Below, piece after piece: positions 27,635 to 40,570 of a stretch of 64,000 bases of DNA. The stretch comes from Octopus sinensis (taxonomy: Eukaryota), in NCBI RefSeq assembly GCF_006345805.1, contig NC_043005.1, forward strand, positions 69,192,001 to 69,256,000, written 5' to 3'. Below the pieces are notes generated by a model that saw only the letters and a program-made list of their open reading frames with translations, did not search any database and was not told where the DNA came from. The translations under genes were made by a program, and so were the position numbers. Numbering within the stretch: the first letter of the stretch is position 1; the number at the start of each line of letters is the position of its first letter.

Positions 27635-28404
27635 TAGATAGATAGATAGATAGATAGAGAGACATATAGATAGATATATAGAAGAGGAAAGGAATATGAA
27701 AATGCAGGAATCTTTTAAAATTATCAACTTAATTATCAACTTAACCGATTTCACTTAGTTAAAAAGATTTTCAAAACTAAAATTGAGATTTTCTGTATCC
27801 ACGGTGGTATCAGCACTTAGTATACAAAAGTGTATTCAAGTTAAGTGTAGAGTGTTTGACAATGATTTTTGACAAGTTTGCTGCTTTGTGCAAGCCCTGT
27901 GATGAGTCCAAAACTTATTTACATAAAAGCATTCAGATGAGGGAATAAATTATTTTTATAATAATAAGAAAACATTGGTTTACATGAGTATATCTCGAAC
28001 AAGTAATTGAGTCTTCTTGTCAAAGACTCTAGAATATGTGTATCCTCAGTGATGAGTCAAGGAATATTTTGCATAAAAAAGGTCAGATAACAATTTTTTT
28101 CTCGAATGAATATATCCCGATCAAGTGATATAGTCTTCTTGTGAAAGACTCTATTACTTTATAAATAGTGAAACCGGTTAAGTTAACAAATACTTTTAAA
28201 AGACTCCTGCATTTAAATATTTTTTCCGTATATTTTTACTCATGCGGTAAATCCCAATTTTGCTTTGCGAGGATGATCCGGTTCTTGACTGAAGATTAAA
28301 GGCTTCGAATGAACCGCCCGTGTTTTTTTTTATAGTCTATCTGGATGATTTGCGTTCTTGTCCCATTTTGTATTTCATATATATACATATACACACACAC
28401 ACAC

Positions 28405-28469
<65 letters not shown>

Positions 28470-28802
28470 AGCAGAAATGTGTTGGCACGCAAGAAAACTA
28501 TACTAGAATTTATCATGGGGTTTCAAATGCATCTGAATCAGATAACGTAATCAGATAACGTTTCAATTCAAAATTGAAACCGGTTTAAAATTTGAATAGA
28601 TTTATTACAACATTTAGAATGAACTTCACGTTTTGCGATTCAGGTGGATTTTAGAACCCTAAAACAAATTCTCCTACATATAAGTATGTAAATATGAATA
28701 TATATATATACACACGCATCTATATATACATGTATATATATATGTATATATATATACATATATATATATATATGTATATAAATATATATATACATATGTA
28801 CA

Positions 28803-28896
<94 letters not shown>

Positions 28897-29588
28897 GTGA
28901 CACGCCATAATATGAAACAGGTTTCAACAATATTAATAATATTATGAAAATTATTGTACTCGGAAGAATTATAAATAACAGAAGAATGATAATAATGATT
29001 TTGATAGTATGCCTAAGGTATAAAAATAAAACACGTAAGAATGAAAACTAAGAACAAAGAAGCTATGTAAGAGGAATGAAATTCTTAAGCGTTGATACAT
29101 AGACGAAATGATAACTTACTAAAATCCATGTATTTATTTATATATAAAATTAATATGTAATATAATAACTAACAACTGACATAATTTAAACTTAAGCGCG
29201 TGTCATATGCTCGATATTTATATTAACAGATCGGGAACGAAATGTGGTGTATAAAGTGAAAGTGTCAATCAAAAGTTAGAGAGAATGCGCCAAACTCGAT
29301 GGCACAACCAAAGCAATTAATTTATTAAACTCTTATGGAAACCATTTATATAATCATATGCAGCTAAAGTGAATCTACCACCTGCTACAAGTTGAAAATT
29401 GAATCACATAAAACTCAGAAAATGTATGTTTCTACCCATGATGTACGTGCTATGCATCGCTTTACGTGGTTATGTTTATGCGTGTATAATTATTCACACT
29501 GAATCAGTCACACGCTCTCTCTCTCTCTCTCGCTCTCTCTCACACACACACATGTTATGTATGTATATATATATACATATATATATAT

Positions 29589-29644
<56 letters not shown>

Positions 29645-29891
29645 CCTTCGAAACGTAGAGTAGATGAAACCATAGCGACTGAAGAAGGGTCTTTTTCTAT
29701 GTGTTAATTATCCTGTACTCTATTTTTTTGTTGTTTAAAAATCTGTCTAGTTCCTTGGGTTTGTGGCTATGTTTTCGTTTCTCATTGTGTTCGACGTCTT
29801 TTTGGTGTCCTGTACTCATATATGCGTGTATATGTACATGTAGAGGTAGGTACGTACATATATGTTTATATATATGCATATGTTTTATTTA

Positions 29892-29950
<59 letters not shown>

Positions 29951-30118
29951 GTAAATATAATATGTGACAATTATTCTCTAGCCATGATAAAACTCCGAAA
30001 AATTGTCACATATTATATTCACATAAAATTATTACATATATTTACATAATATCGATATCTTTTTCATTCTTTTGTTGTCTTATCATTTCTATCAATATAT
30101 ATATATATAATATATATA

Positions 30119-30169
<51 letters not shown>

Positions 30170-30319
30170 AGTAGTTGAATGAATTATCCTAGTATGGATA
30201 ATTCGGTTAAGCGGTACCCGGGTAGTAATTCACGTCAGAAAAACACGGTTGAAGCTACATGCCAAAAGCAGAGATCACGTGCTTTCGTGTGGAAATTTGT
30301 GTGTTTTTTTTAACACAAC

Positions 30320-30470
30320 TAAATGAAAGAATGGAGTTGAACGACGATTTAACAAAATTCCTTTATTCTCGACATATTCCTTTATTCTAGAAATTAGGAA
30401 TATTCAGTCTTCGAAACATATGTCGAGAATAAAGGAATTTTGTTAAATCGCCGTTCAACTCCATTCTTTC

Positions 30471-30475
<5 letters not shown>
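30320..30475. repeat. Fold-back inverted repeat (58-nt arms) overlapping a decayed hammerhead-like motif
   Basis: taaatgaaagaatggagttgaacgacgatttaacaaaattcctttattctcgacatat pairs with 30418-30475 with one mismatch. cGAAACatatGTC spans the spacer/right-arm junction. Confidence 0.9.
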
Positions 30476-30539
<64 letters not shown>

Positions 30540-31034
30540 TATATATTCTGTATAATTCCCGAATTATTTTAACCGTTATACGACTGAAAATTATTACTTG
30601 AATATGTGTGACAAACATGCAAAAGTAAACTAGTAGCAATTCTTTAAGAGCAATTTTCATACTTGGTTGCACTATAAATAGTAACAAAATCTACAAAAAT
30701 TGTTAGTGTCCAGTACAATAAAATTTACACGCTCATTATGGAAAAGTGCGTAAATTTCTCACCTTCTTTAGTAGATGACCGTATCCATGTAAAATTTTGA
30801 ATAAACAATTGATGAAATCCGCTGTTTGCTAATGAAAAATCAATTGATGATGCTCGCATTTTAATGCTTAATTGAACCCAAAAGATAATAATCTGCAATT
30901 GGACAACGCATAGCTAGAGTGTTTACGTTATTGAAATTTGAGAAAATGCTTTATATAGATAATGTATTTCACATGTTAACTCATGAAGAATATATACATA
31001 TTAGGAACACTTGCGTTTACGGAACAAAAATATA

Positions 31035-31444
31035 GGCGTAGGAGTGGCTGTGTGGTAAGTAGCTTGCTTACCGACCACATGGTTCCGGCTTCAGTCCCAC
31101 TGCGTGGCACCTTGGGTAAATGTCTTCTACTATAACCTCGAGCTGACCACAGTCTTGTCAGTGGATTTTGTAGACGGAAACTGAAAGAAGCCTGTCATAT
31201 ACATGTATATATATATGTGTGTGTACGTATGTTTGTGTGTCTGAATTTGAACCCCCCCATCATTGCTTGACAACCGATACTGGTGTGTTTACCTCCCCGT
31301 AACTTGGCTGTTCAGTGAAAGAGACCGATGGAATAAGTACCAGGGTTACAAAGAATAAGTCCTGTGGTCGATTTGCTCGACTAAAAGGCGGTGCTCCGGC
31401 ATGGCCACATTCACATGGCTGAAACAAGTAAAAGAGTAAAAGAG
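31035..31444 (+). mobile_element. SINE family A, full length
   Basis: ggcgtaggagtggctgtgtggtaag...gaaacaagtaaaagagtaaaagag. Confidence 0.9.
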
Positions 31445-31773
31445 TAATATTTAGAAAGAGAAATATATAAATCAATGAATATAGTAACCAAAGTGATGAG
31501 TTCATTTCTGAAGAATTGTTTTTATAAAAAATATATAAGTATGTATTGATAAGCATTTCTCGTTCAAATCTTCTACTCTTATATTTGCTTTTTATTTAGG
31601 TGTAATATGAGTATTTGTAATAAGCATTAGTCAACCGAGACGAGGTATTTTGCTATTTGAAGTAGTTTGGGTCTTCTGAGTAAGTACATAATTACTATAA
31701 GTATTTATATGTAATATGTACTTACAAAGTACATATTTATATGTAATATGTACTAACAAAGTACATTCTGCCA

Positions 31774-32004
31774 GCGGCGAGCTGGCAGAATCGTTAGCAC
31801 GCCGGGCGAAATGCGTAGCCGTATTTCGTCTTCCGTTACGTTCTGAGTTCAAATCCCATCCAGGTCCACTTTGCCTTTCATCCTGTCGGGGTCGATAAAT
31901 TAAGTACCAGTTACGCACTGGGGTAGATGTAATCGACTTAATCCGTTTGTCTGTCCATGTTTGTCCCCTCTATGTTTAGCCCCTTGTGGGTAATACAGAA
32001 ACCG
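31774..32004 (+). mobile_element. SINE family B monomer with 16-nt TSD-like repeat
   Basis: gcggcgagctggcagaatcgttagcacgccgggcgaaatg...; aatatgtact(t/a)acaaa occurs at 31713, 31745 and 32005. Confidence 0.9.
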
Positions 32005-32305
32005 AATATGTACTTACAAATAATGTATACAGAGACACGGATATAAATGTATGCGAGCGTTTAGCGTATGTGTGTGAGCGTGTACCTGTGATTGAGTGTT
32101 TTGTGTCTGTGTGTGAGCGCACGGGCGCACGCGCGTGTTCGTGTGTGTGTATGTGATAATAAAGGCGTGAGGCTAGGGCTGCCAAACATTCCATGTATAA
32201 TTTCAACCATTTCTATTAATAACAGCATTGCTTCTTTCCAGATGAACAGATATCGGACTGCTCTAAGAAAACTACAAATGTAACAAGTAGCAAATTCTTT
32301 TGAAA

Positions 32306-33176
32306 ATGCGAGTTCTGTTTGACATGGGAGTGTTATCATGTATATGAAGCAAAGGAGTTCATCCCGGGAAAAAAATTCACGATGACATGATGTCTTCATT
32401 AGGGGACGACACTCCAGCTCTATCCACCGTGCAAAAGTGGGCAGAATTTAAGAAAGGAAGGGAGAGTATTGAATATGACCCAAGGTCTGTACGTCTTGCA
32501 ACTGTCTCCATAGAGGGAAATATTGATCGCTTTCACCACATGCTGATGGATGACTGACAATATACTATGCTATTAACATTTCCCGTGAGAGAGTTGAGAA
32601 TATTCTGCACAATGAATTTGTCATGACTAAGATTTCTGCTCGGTGATGCTACGTCTTCTGACAACAGATTCAAAGGAGCACCAAAGTGATGACAAAACGA
32701 GATCTGACATTGTATGAGGCAGATCCAACTGGTTTTTGAACGTGTCTAAGCCAGGATGAGGGTTGGTTTCATCACTTTCAGATAGAGACAAAGAGACTAT
32801 CTCCACAGTGGAAATATCCCGCCTTATGTGCAGGGAAGGTGAGGGCCTGAGATTTGGGGATTGTTATTTTCCAAAGGGCAACGCATCAATGGAGTGTAAT
32901 ATGCTAACTTGCTGAGGCAGTTACGAAATGCTATCAGCAAAACCGACGAAAGGGATATTTTTAAGGTTTTAAAGGTTGATAATCGTGCCTATAGCTTTGA
33001 ACTGGTTGATCACCCTCCCTATTCTTCTGATCTAGCGCAATCTGACTATCTGTAATCCAATATGAATAAAAGAAAACACTTGGCTGGTAACCAGTATCGC
33101 AGTGATACAATGGGATCAAAGCGCTGAAAATCCAATGAAAGAATTGTGTGGCTCGCGAGGGGAACTATGTTGATAA
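32306..33176 (+). pseudogene. Mariner (DD34D-type) transposase relic
   Basis: IHDDMMSSLGDDTPALSTVQKW, ISRERVENILHNEF, SQDEGWFHHF, ELVDHPPYSSDLAQSDY; many stops and deletions. Confidence 0.9.
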
Positions 33177-34393
33177 TACGGCTTGAAAATGAAGGAGATA
33201 TCCACGGTCATCATGTAAACACACCAATTTAACGCTTTTAATACTGTAATAATGTTGAATCGAAACCCTGACCGAGGACCTAAAAACATGGAAAAGTGGT
33301 TAATAGATGTTGCGAGGATTGTGGATAGGAAATGGCAGTGGTATCCTATAATGTTTTACTAGTTTATCTGGGATTTCAAGAAGCAAAGAACACACACATT
33401 TGGACATACGACACTCTGATCTTACTTCATGAATCCTTTCCAATCTCCCTATGAAGATACAATTGTACTTCTGACTGAAACATATTATGGAATCAATTTG
33501 CAATTTACAATATTTGATATATCGATATGCATAGAATTAAAACAACTATCCCAGCTCAGCGTAAAATACAAATTAACCTATTTCTGTTCAGTGGGATTGT
33601 ATAACAGCAATTTCCTATAGAAACCACAATTCAATTTCAGGTAGATTATAATATTCGAGGAAATTAGGGGGCTTCAGAGTTAAAGACAAAATGTACATTT
33701 GTGCTCAGAAATCATTAAAAATTATACTTACCCAATATCTCTTGAATCCGCCAAAGAAACCTTGAATCACTGTACATGTAGCAATATTACTTTTTATTGC
33801 CATACTTGGATAGTTATATATCTAATGTGCGAGGTCGTTCGGCATACTCAAGGAAATGCCGGCACGCATTCAACATAAAAATAGACAACCAAAATTTACT
33901 TTGTAAATTAGCAACAATAAATTTGACATAGTATACCCATTTGTCTGGAAACGACTGTTTTATTTTGAGATATAATTGTATGAAAAGAGTAAGAATACGC
34001 TGTTAGCTGAAATACGTGTTGAGTTACAAACATGACGGATGCTATAGTGTGAAAGGTTAAATGAATAAATTTGATAATTGTGACAGTATTCTTACAGAGT
34101 GACACTCACATGCAACAGTAGATTTTGATTGTGTCCATGGAAAAATACAGCGTTTATGAAGATTCCTGTTCAAAAATACTTAATTGATGCATTTTGCCAA
34201 CATTTTAAGTAACGGTTAACGCATCCTTAAATTGTCGCATTTGTAGCAACATAGAAATTAAAGCCGTATTCAATAAATGATAAATGTAGAATTAAAGTTA
34301 ATGTATCTTACAAAAGGAAATGTTGACGGGTGTTTAAATTTTAAAAAGTAGCTAAATAGCATCGTACAAAAAAGGCGATATGTATATGTGTAT

Positions 34394-34436
<43 letters not shown>

Positions 34437-34817
34437 ATATGTGTGTGTGTGTTAATGTGCATATATGTGTGCGCGTTGCATGCGCATGTATATATAGGTG
34501 TTTAAGTTTATATACATCTGTGTGTATCTGTGTGAGTATGTCTTTTATACCTTTCTTTAAGTACAGGTATACTAACAACTAGTTGTCGGAACTTAATACA
34601 ACGGTGCTTTACATGTAAGTGTTATTAAGTACAGAGTGTAATATGAAATAACAGATAACAAAAGAACTGGAATTACGTAATCATTCTTTATTAGCGTACA
34701 AATGTTTCCAAAACAAAAAACACTGCTCTGAGTACGACGTTTCTTTTAGCAGGAACATCCATATATTTACACACACACACCCACATATATTTATAACACA
34801 TATACTTATATATCTAC

Positions 34818-35133
34818 GCGCTATCACGCAGCCTTGCTTCACTCCGGAGGTGACTTTAAAGGGCTCAGAACTGCCTCCGTCGGTCTGGACTATGGCGTGC
34901 ATATTGTCGTGGAGGAGTGTGAGGATCCGGATAAACTTATCTGGGCATCCATACTGGGCGAGAATATCCCAGAGGAGCTCTCGCGAGACACGATCATAGG
35001 CTTTGGATAGGTCGATAAAGGCCAAGTAGAGCGGTTGGTGTTGCTCATGACATTTTTCTTGTAGCTGTCGCAGCGTGAAGATCATGTCGGTCGTGCTTCG
35101 TGATGGCCTAAAGCCGGTCTGTGTCTCAGGAAG
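34818..35133 (-). mobile_element. RTE-clade LINE reverse transcriptase, inverted upstream segment
   Basis: Open frame LPETQTGFRPSRSTTDMIFTLRQLQEKC...AFIDLSKAYDRVSRE...SGVKQGCVIA. Confidence 0.95.
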
Positions 35134-35698
35134 GACCCTCTCTGACAGTGTTGCACATCATACGAGATGACCTTCCACCTGGCATCGAGATCTCGTACAG
35201 AATGGACGGCAAGCTTTTCAACCTCGCTCGCCTCAAAAGTACGTCAAAGACAATGGTGCGAAGCTTGCTAGAGTTCCAATATGCCGACGACAACAGTGTA
35301 GCAGCTCACAGAGAGGATCACCTCCAACAGATCCTAAATGCGTTTCATCATGCATATACTAAACTTGGACTGAGCATCAACATCAAGAAGACTTACTTAC
35401 TCTACCAACCTCCCCCCAATGCCCGTGTTGACAACCCGCCAACGATTCACCTCGAAGTAAATCCACTGGAAAATGTGAGCCACTTCTGCTACCTTGGGAG
35501 CCATCTGTCAGCAAATGTAGACCTCAGCGATGAAATCCAACACCGTCTGAAGTGTGCAGGAACAGCTTTCGGCAAGCTTCGAACAAGAGTTTTTGCTGAT
35601 CGGGCCATCCGAACCGAAACCAAACCAATGGTGTACAGGGCAGTCATTATTCCAACCCTCCTTTACGCATCCGAAACATGGACCCCGTATAGTAACCA
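35134..35698 (+). mobile_element. RTE-clade LINE reverse transcriptase, downstream segment
   Basis: Open frame ...YRMDGKLFNLARL...EFQYADD...LGLSINIKKT...FCYLGS...IIPTLLYASETWT with an intact YADD motif. Confidence 0.95.
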
Positions 35699-35928
35699 TT
35701 ATTATTATTACTATTTCTATCAAGTGCTTTCACTGCACTACCGAGCATAGCTCTGTGAGCTTTGGGTATATGCTGTGGCCTGTTGTACTGCTCTTGTTTT
35801 CATTCTATTTACAGTATTTTACGTAGGATGTGTGCAGTTCTTAGTAGTGCAATTCTCTGTGTGTTATATATACTAAAGGTACTTGTTATGTATTTGTCTA
35901 AATGTTCGTATTTTTGTCATACCTAAGC
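35699..35928 (-). mobile_element. R4/Dong-type LINE 3' end with short (TAA)n tail
   Basis: Reverse complement matches 40285-40510 of the longer copy. Confidence 0.9.
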
Positions 35929-36133
35929 CAACAGAATTCTCCTATTGTTCAAGGTATTTGTCTTGAGTATCATTTATTCACTGTATTTGTATAAATATTT
36001 TCTTTGGTGAACCTAGAATATATTCCACTACTAAAGTGAATGTTATGAATGTATGAAATTAATGATCAGATAAATGTAAGCAATTAGCAACTAGCTTCGT
36101 GCGTGAGTGGATAGTAAACGTAGGTGTTTACAG

Positions 36134-36633
36134 GTGGAAGTAATCGAAGAACTGCAAATGTTACCAACGATGGTAAATTACCCTTTTTCCTCTTTGCGCT
36201 CAAAACATCAAGTGCAATCTCTGCCCTAAGAAAAATAGTATAGTTGTTAAAGGACTTTTATTGTTCGAAATATATACAATTCTTTTAAAAGATATACCAC
36301 AGGATGTTAGATTTCTTGGTTTGACATTCTCTTTGTTTGATGCAAATGATATTAATTCCTGCAATTTGTGGGATCAAAGTAGAGGTTTCTTGTATCTTGA
36401 TGTAAGTAGATGAAAAAGACGTGAAATAATATAACGCAAAACGTTATATTTATCAATCTAAACACTTATCAATCTAAGAACGTCCCTACTTTCAGCAATA
36501 TACAGAAACCTCGGCGACGAGAATCATGTTGCTAATCCCCAAACTCACGTGGGGATTAGTGGACATCAGCATCCTGAATGGGTTTACTAACAGCAATATG
36601 CATAATCTTTTTGTATGTTCTTATCCGCAAAAT
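36134..36633 (+). other. Candidate small spliced exons (36134-36172, 36303-36401, 36496-36633)
   Basis: AG/GT boundaries with GTAAAT, GTAAGT and GTAAGT donors, a 94-nt intron-like segment with CTAA branch-like motifs, and open frames. No protein recognised. Confidence 0.35.
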
Positions 36634-36994
36634 GTAAGTAACGCATACACATGTACGCGCACATAGTAAAACATTCACATTCTTATAATTATACAATAAA
36701 CCTAAGAATCTCTTTCCATAAATGGAGATATGCGTTTTTCCGTATTGCCATATGATCCCTATCCTTATTAAAATTCAACAATCCGATATTGTTACTAATT
36801 TCAATATCATTAGTTATGTGATCTCTTATGACTCCAATCAGATATTCTTATATACAGCTGTGAGTTTCACAATTTCGTAAGAGTGAAATAATTAACATTC
36901 CTCTGCAAGAGTTAATCTTTGTAATTATATATCTAGCAGAATTAAACGCATAGTAGGAGTGCTCATTATTATCCTCTATTTCTTAAGAGAATTG

Positions 36995-37036
<42 letters not shown>

Positions 37037-37224
37037 AAAAAAGCAACAAGAATGGATTAAAATCTCGGTACGATCGTTTCGTACGAGGACATCTTTAATA
37101 AGCTACAAAAAATGCAGTGAATACGGATGGCTCGTACTCGTCAGCCGAAAAAACATCAGAGAATTCCCAAACATCAAAAGGGGTAGATACAAGAGAGGTT
37201 GTAAGATTAACTGCATTGAAGAAA

Positions 37225-37677
37225 GTTCGATTCATGGAGATCCGATGAAAGGTTTTAAACTTACAGAATTTGTGCATGTCTACATATAGCTCATATTGAA
37301 TTTTTAATCAAGTTGTGTGAAGAAATTTTCGGATACAGTCATGTAAAATTTTTGAAAATCCGAGTAAGAGGCAAAGTGACTGCCATATCATGTAGAGGAA
37401 AGTCTGAGTAAAAGCAAAGTGACTGTCATATCGTGTAGAGGAACAGATTGTTATTGAAATTTACAAGAATCGCAGATATGTTCGATTCTTGGAGATCCGA
37501 TGAAAAGTCTTGAACTTACAGAATATGTGCATGTCCTTATAGTTCATAATCCAGTTTTGTGAAGAGACTTAGGGTACAATCATGCGAAAAATATCAGGGA
37601 ATCCGAATGAGAAGCAAAATGACAGTATTATATTGTATCGGTGCAGGTTGTTAATGAATTTTACAAGAATCACAGAG
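37225..37677. repeat. Diverged ~255-bp tandem repeat with a nested ~44-bp duplication
   Basis: gttcgattc(a/t)tggagatccgatgaaa at 37225 and 37480; agtaa..gcaaagtgactg.catatc.tgtagaggaa occurs twice within unit 1. Confidence 0.85.
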
Positions 37678-38361
37678 AGAGGAGGGGGGAAGTAGAAATG
37701 TAATCAGTTACTGCTATTAAAGCTATCAAAGAGAAAGGAAAGGGGAAGCTAAGGAGATGGGCACAAGTTGATACTAACAGAAAATCTAAGTTTGTTTAGT
37801 GCCAAATTCGAACTGAGGTCAACAATTTATTTCTTTATTTATAAATGTTACTATTAATAGATTGTCAGGTTACAATGAGAGGTCATTAGAAAGGATAGAA
37901 AAATGGGGTTGTTTTTAAATGAAATCAAACAATTATATTATTATTATACTATACTATAATACACTACACTATATTATATTATATTATTTTATATTATAAT
38001 ATATCACATCACAATACACTACGATAGGTCTGGGATTAGCAGAATTAATTTTTAGCGTAAAAGAAATTAAGAGATTTAACTAACTAATATTTATATATGG
38101 GTTAAAAAATAGACTAAGAAATGGAGATAAAAATAGAGCAAAATTTAATTTATTAATAATATGGTCCAATAGAAATAAATCAAATAAATATATATATATT
38201 TGTTCATATATACAAAGCCAAGCTTTCTGCAGCTATCGAGATTAATTTTCAATATTTTACGATGTTTTAAAAATTTAAAACCATCTCACACAAACAAATC
38301 GAGTCAGTTGCTAACACGTGCACTCGCAAATGCATATGTATGTGCATGTAGACATATGAAG

Positions 38362-38443
<82 letters not shown>

Positions 38444-39204
38444 TCTTGGTAGCATAAACTGGATGCTTCGAGAAAGCGATTCATTTCTGGACCGCAGAAA
38501 TTATGACTAATATGTGGACCACTGAAAGAAAATTTAAATCTAGATACAGCTTATATTCTCATACCTTGATGCGCCCCGAGAAGAGATGTGCAACAACCTT
38601 CAACAATAATCCGGAGACTTACATACGAGAACATCAAGTGGATGATCCTACCTAAGACCAAAACTTCAATTTACGGATGGAACATACGTGCCATATGCTT
38701 CTTTGAAAACCATAATTTATAAAAATTTAGGAATCTCCAAGGATTATACAAATACAACGGACTTTTTGAAAAAGGCATTTTAGAAGATAAATTTTATCTG
38801 GAATTAAGAGTACACCACCAGCCATAACTCTACAAATTCCAATAATAGTTTAATTTTTGATACTCGTGAATTTGATACTTGTATTTACTCCACGGTCAAT
38901 TATTGCTCCTGATTACGCTCTGTGATCACTCATATGTTGATTACAGCACATTTATTCAACTCTCTCTTTGTTACTATTAGCTATATATAACATGTGAAAT
39001 AAATTTATATTTCGTTAAGGAAATCCAAATTACCTTTATTTCAGAAGAATTTCTTGTTTTCATGATAAAAATATCTTCACTAAATTAGCTGATTGAGTGA
39101 GCAATATTTCTCGTAATTCATATCACAGACACACAAATATACACACCCACAGACACACATACGCAAATACCCCCACGCATGTACATGTCCTTACAAGTTA
39201 TATT

Positions 39205-40494
39205 GATACTGAAACAGATCTCAATATGAAAAAGAAGATAACATGTATCAACACTCTAGCTGTCCCAGTTATAATTTAAGGCTACAGTATTCTTAACTGG
39301 ACTCTAAATGATCTAATGAAAATAGACAGGAAAACAAGAAACATTATGACGGGATTTGAGATGCACCACACAGAATCTTTCATAGAAACGCTATATATAC
39401 AACACATCGAAGGTGGTAGGAGCCGTATACAGCTAGAAAACAATTTCAAAGTGACCACCATGGGATAACAAAAATACCTGCTTCAGGTTGAAGGAAAACT
39501 AACACAAATACCGACAAAACAAAAACAAAACAAAAAGCTGTTTTCAGTTGTTAAGAAATCTGACAAATACAAAAAAGAAATCTTAATACCTAACAGCTAT
39601 GAAGGGAAATAAGTAAGAACGAAAGCTGTAAAGCTGCTGAAATCTATATTACAACTGCAGCAGCAACAGATCACGATAAGACGATGTCAAGAAAAGCCCC
39701 ATCGGGGCAAATATTCTAAGCTAAACAGAATTAAACAAAGCAAAATCCGAACAATGGCTAAGAGACTTTGGACTCAAAGCAGAGACCGAAGGACTTTTAA
39801 ATGATGCATGAGATTAAAGCCTTCCCACCAGAAATCATCAAAAACACGTAATGTAAAGAAATACAAAAAACTCCAGAAAATGAGGTGATGCATTAGAAAC
39901 AATAAGTTATATTGTCTCTGGCTGCCCAGTCCTGGCTAAGAAAAAAATATATTCCCAGACACGACAGAGTGGGGAACTATATATATACTGGGAGTTATGA
40001 CAACACTATGGAATAACCACAGAAAAAAAGATGGTATAAGCACACGCCAGAAAAGGTCACACAAAATGAGAATGCAACCATACTATGTGATATGTCAATA
40101 GACACAGATGGAGAAATAAAGGCGAATATGCCTGATATATGTGTCAGAGATCACCATGACGAATTGCTATCTAATCAATATATCAATACCAACAGATGGC
40201 AATGTTTGCCCAAAAGAAACCGAGAAACGTTCAATATACAAAGATCTGGAAATAGAGGTAATTCATATCATACTAGGCGCCTTAGGTATGACAAAAATAC
40301 GAACATTTAGACATATACATAACAAGTACTTTTAGGTATATATAACACACAGCTATTTGCACTACTAGGAGCTGCACACATCCTACGTAAAATACTGTAA
40401 ATAGAAGGAAAACAAGAGCATTACAACAGGCCACAACATATACCCAAAGCTCACAGAGCTATGCTCGGTAGTGCAGTGAAAGCACTTGATAGAA

Positions 40495-40567
<73 letters not shown>
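39205..40567 (+). mobile_element. 5'-truncated R4/Dong-type (restriction-like endonuclease) LINE
   Basis: LNMKKKITCINTLAVPVI, KIDRKTRNIMTGFEMHH, EGGR, IVSGCPVLAK..RHDRV, EIKANMPDI; 3' UTR followed by a (TAA)n tail. Confidence 0.9.
40499..40567 (+). repeat. (TAA)23 tail/target of the R4-type element
   Basis: Direct count: 69 nt. Confidence 0.9.

Positions 40568-40570
<3 letters not shown>

Noticed and set aside
27899-28060. RTGATGA motifs as C/D box snoRNAs
   Set aside because: No downstream CTGA D box or terminal stem at a suitable distance.
29644-29692. accttcGAAACGTA...gaCTGAAGAagggt as a permuted (type II) hammerhead
   Set aside because: No stem I can form next to the core, and the best stem II pairing consumes the core GA. 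At most it is debris between two tandem motifs.
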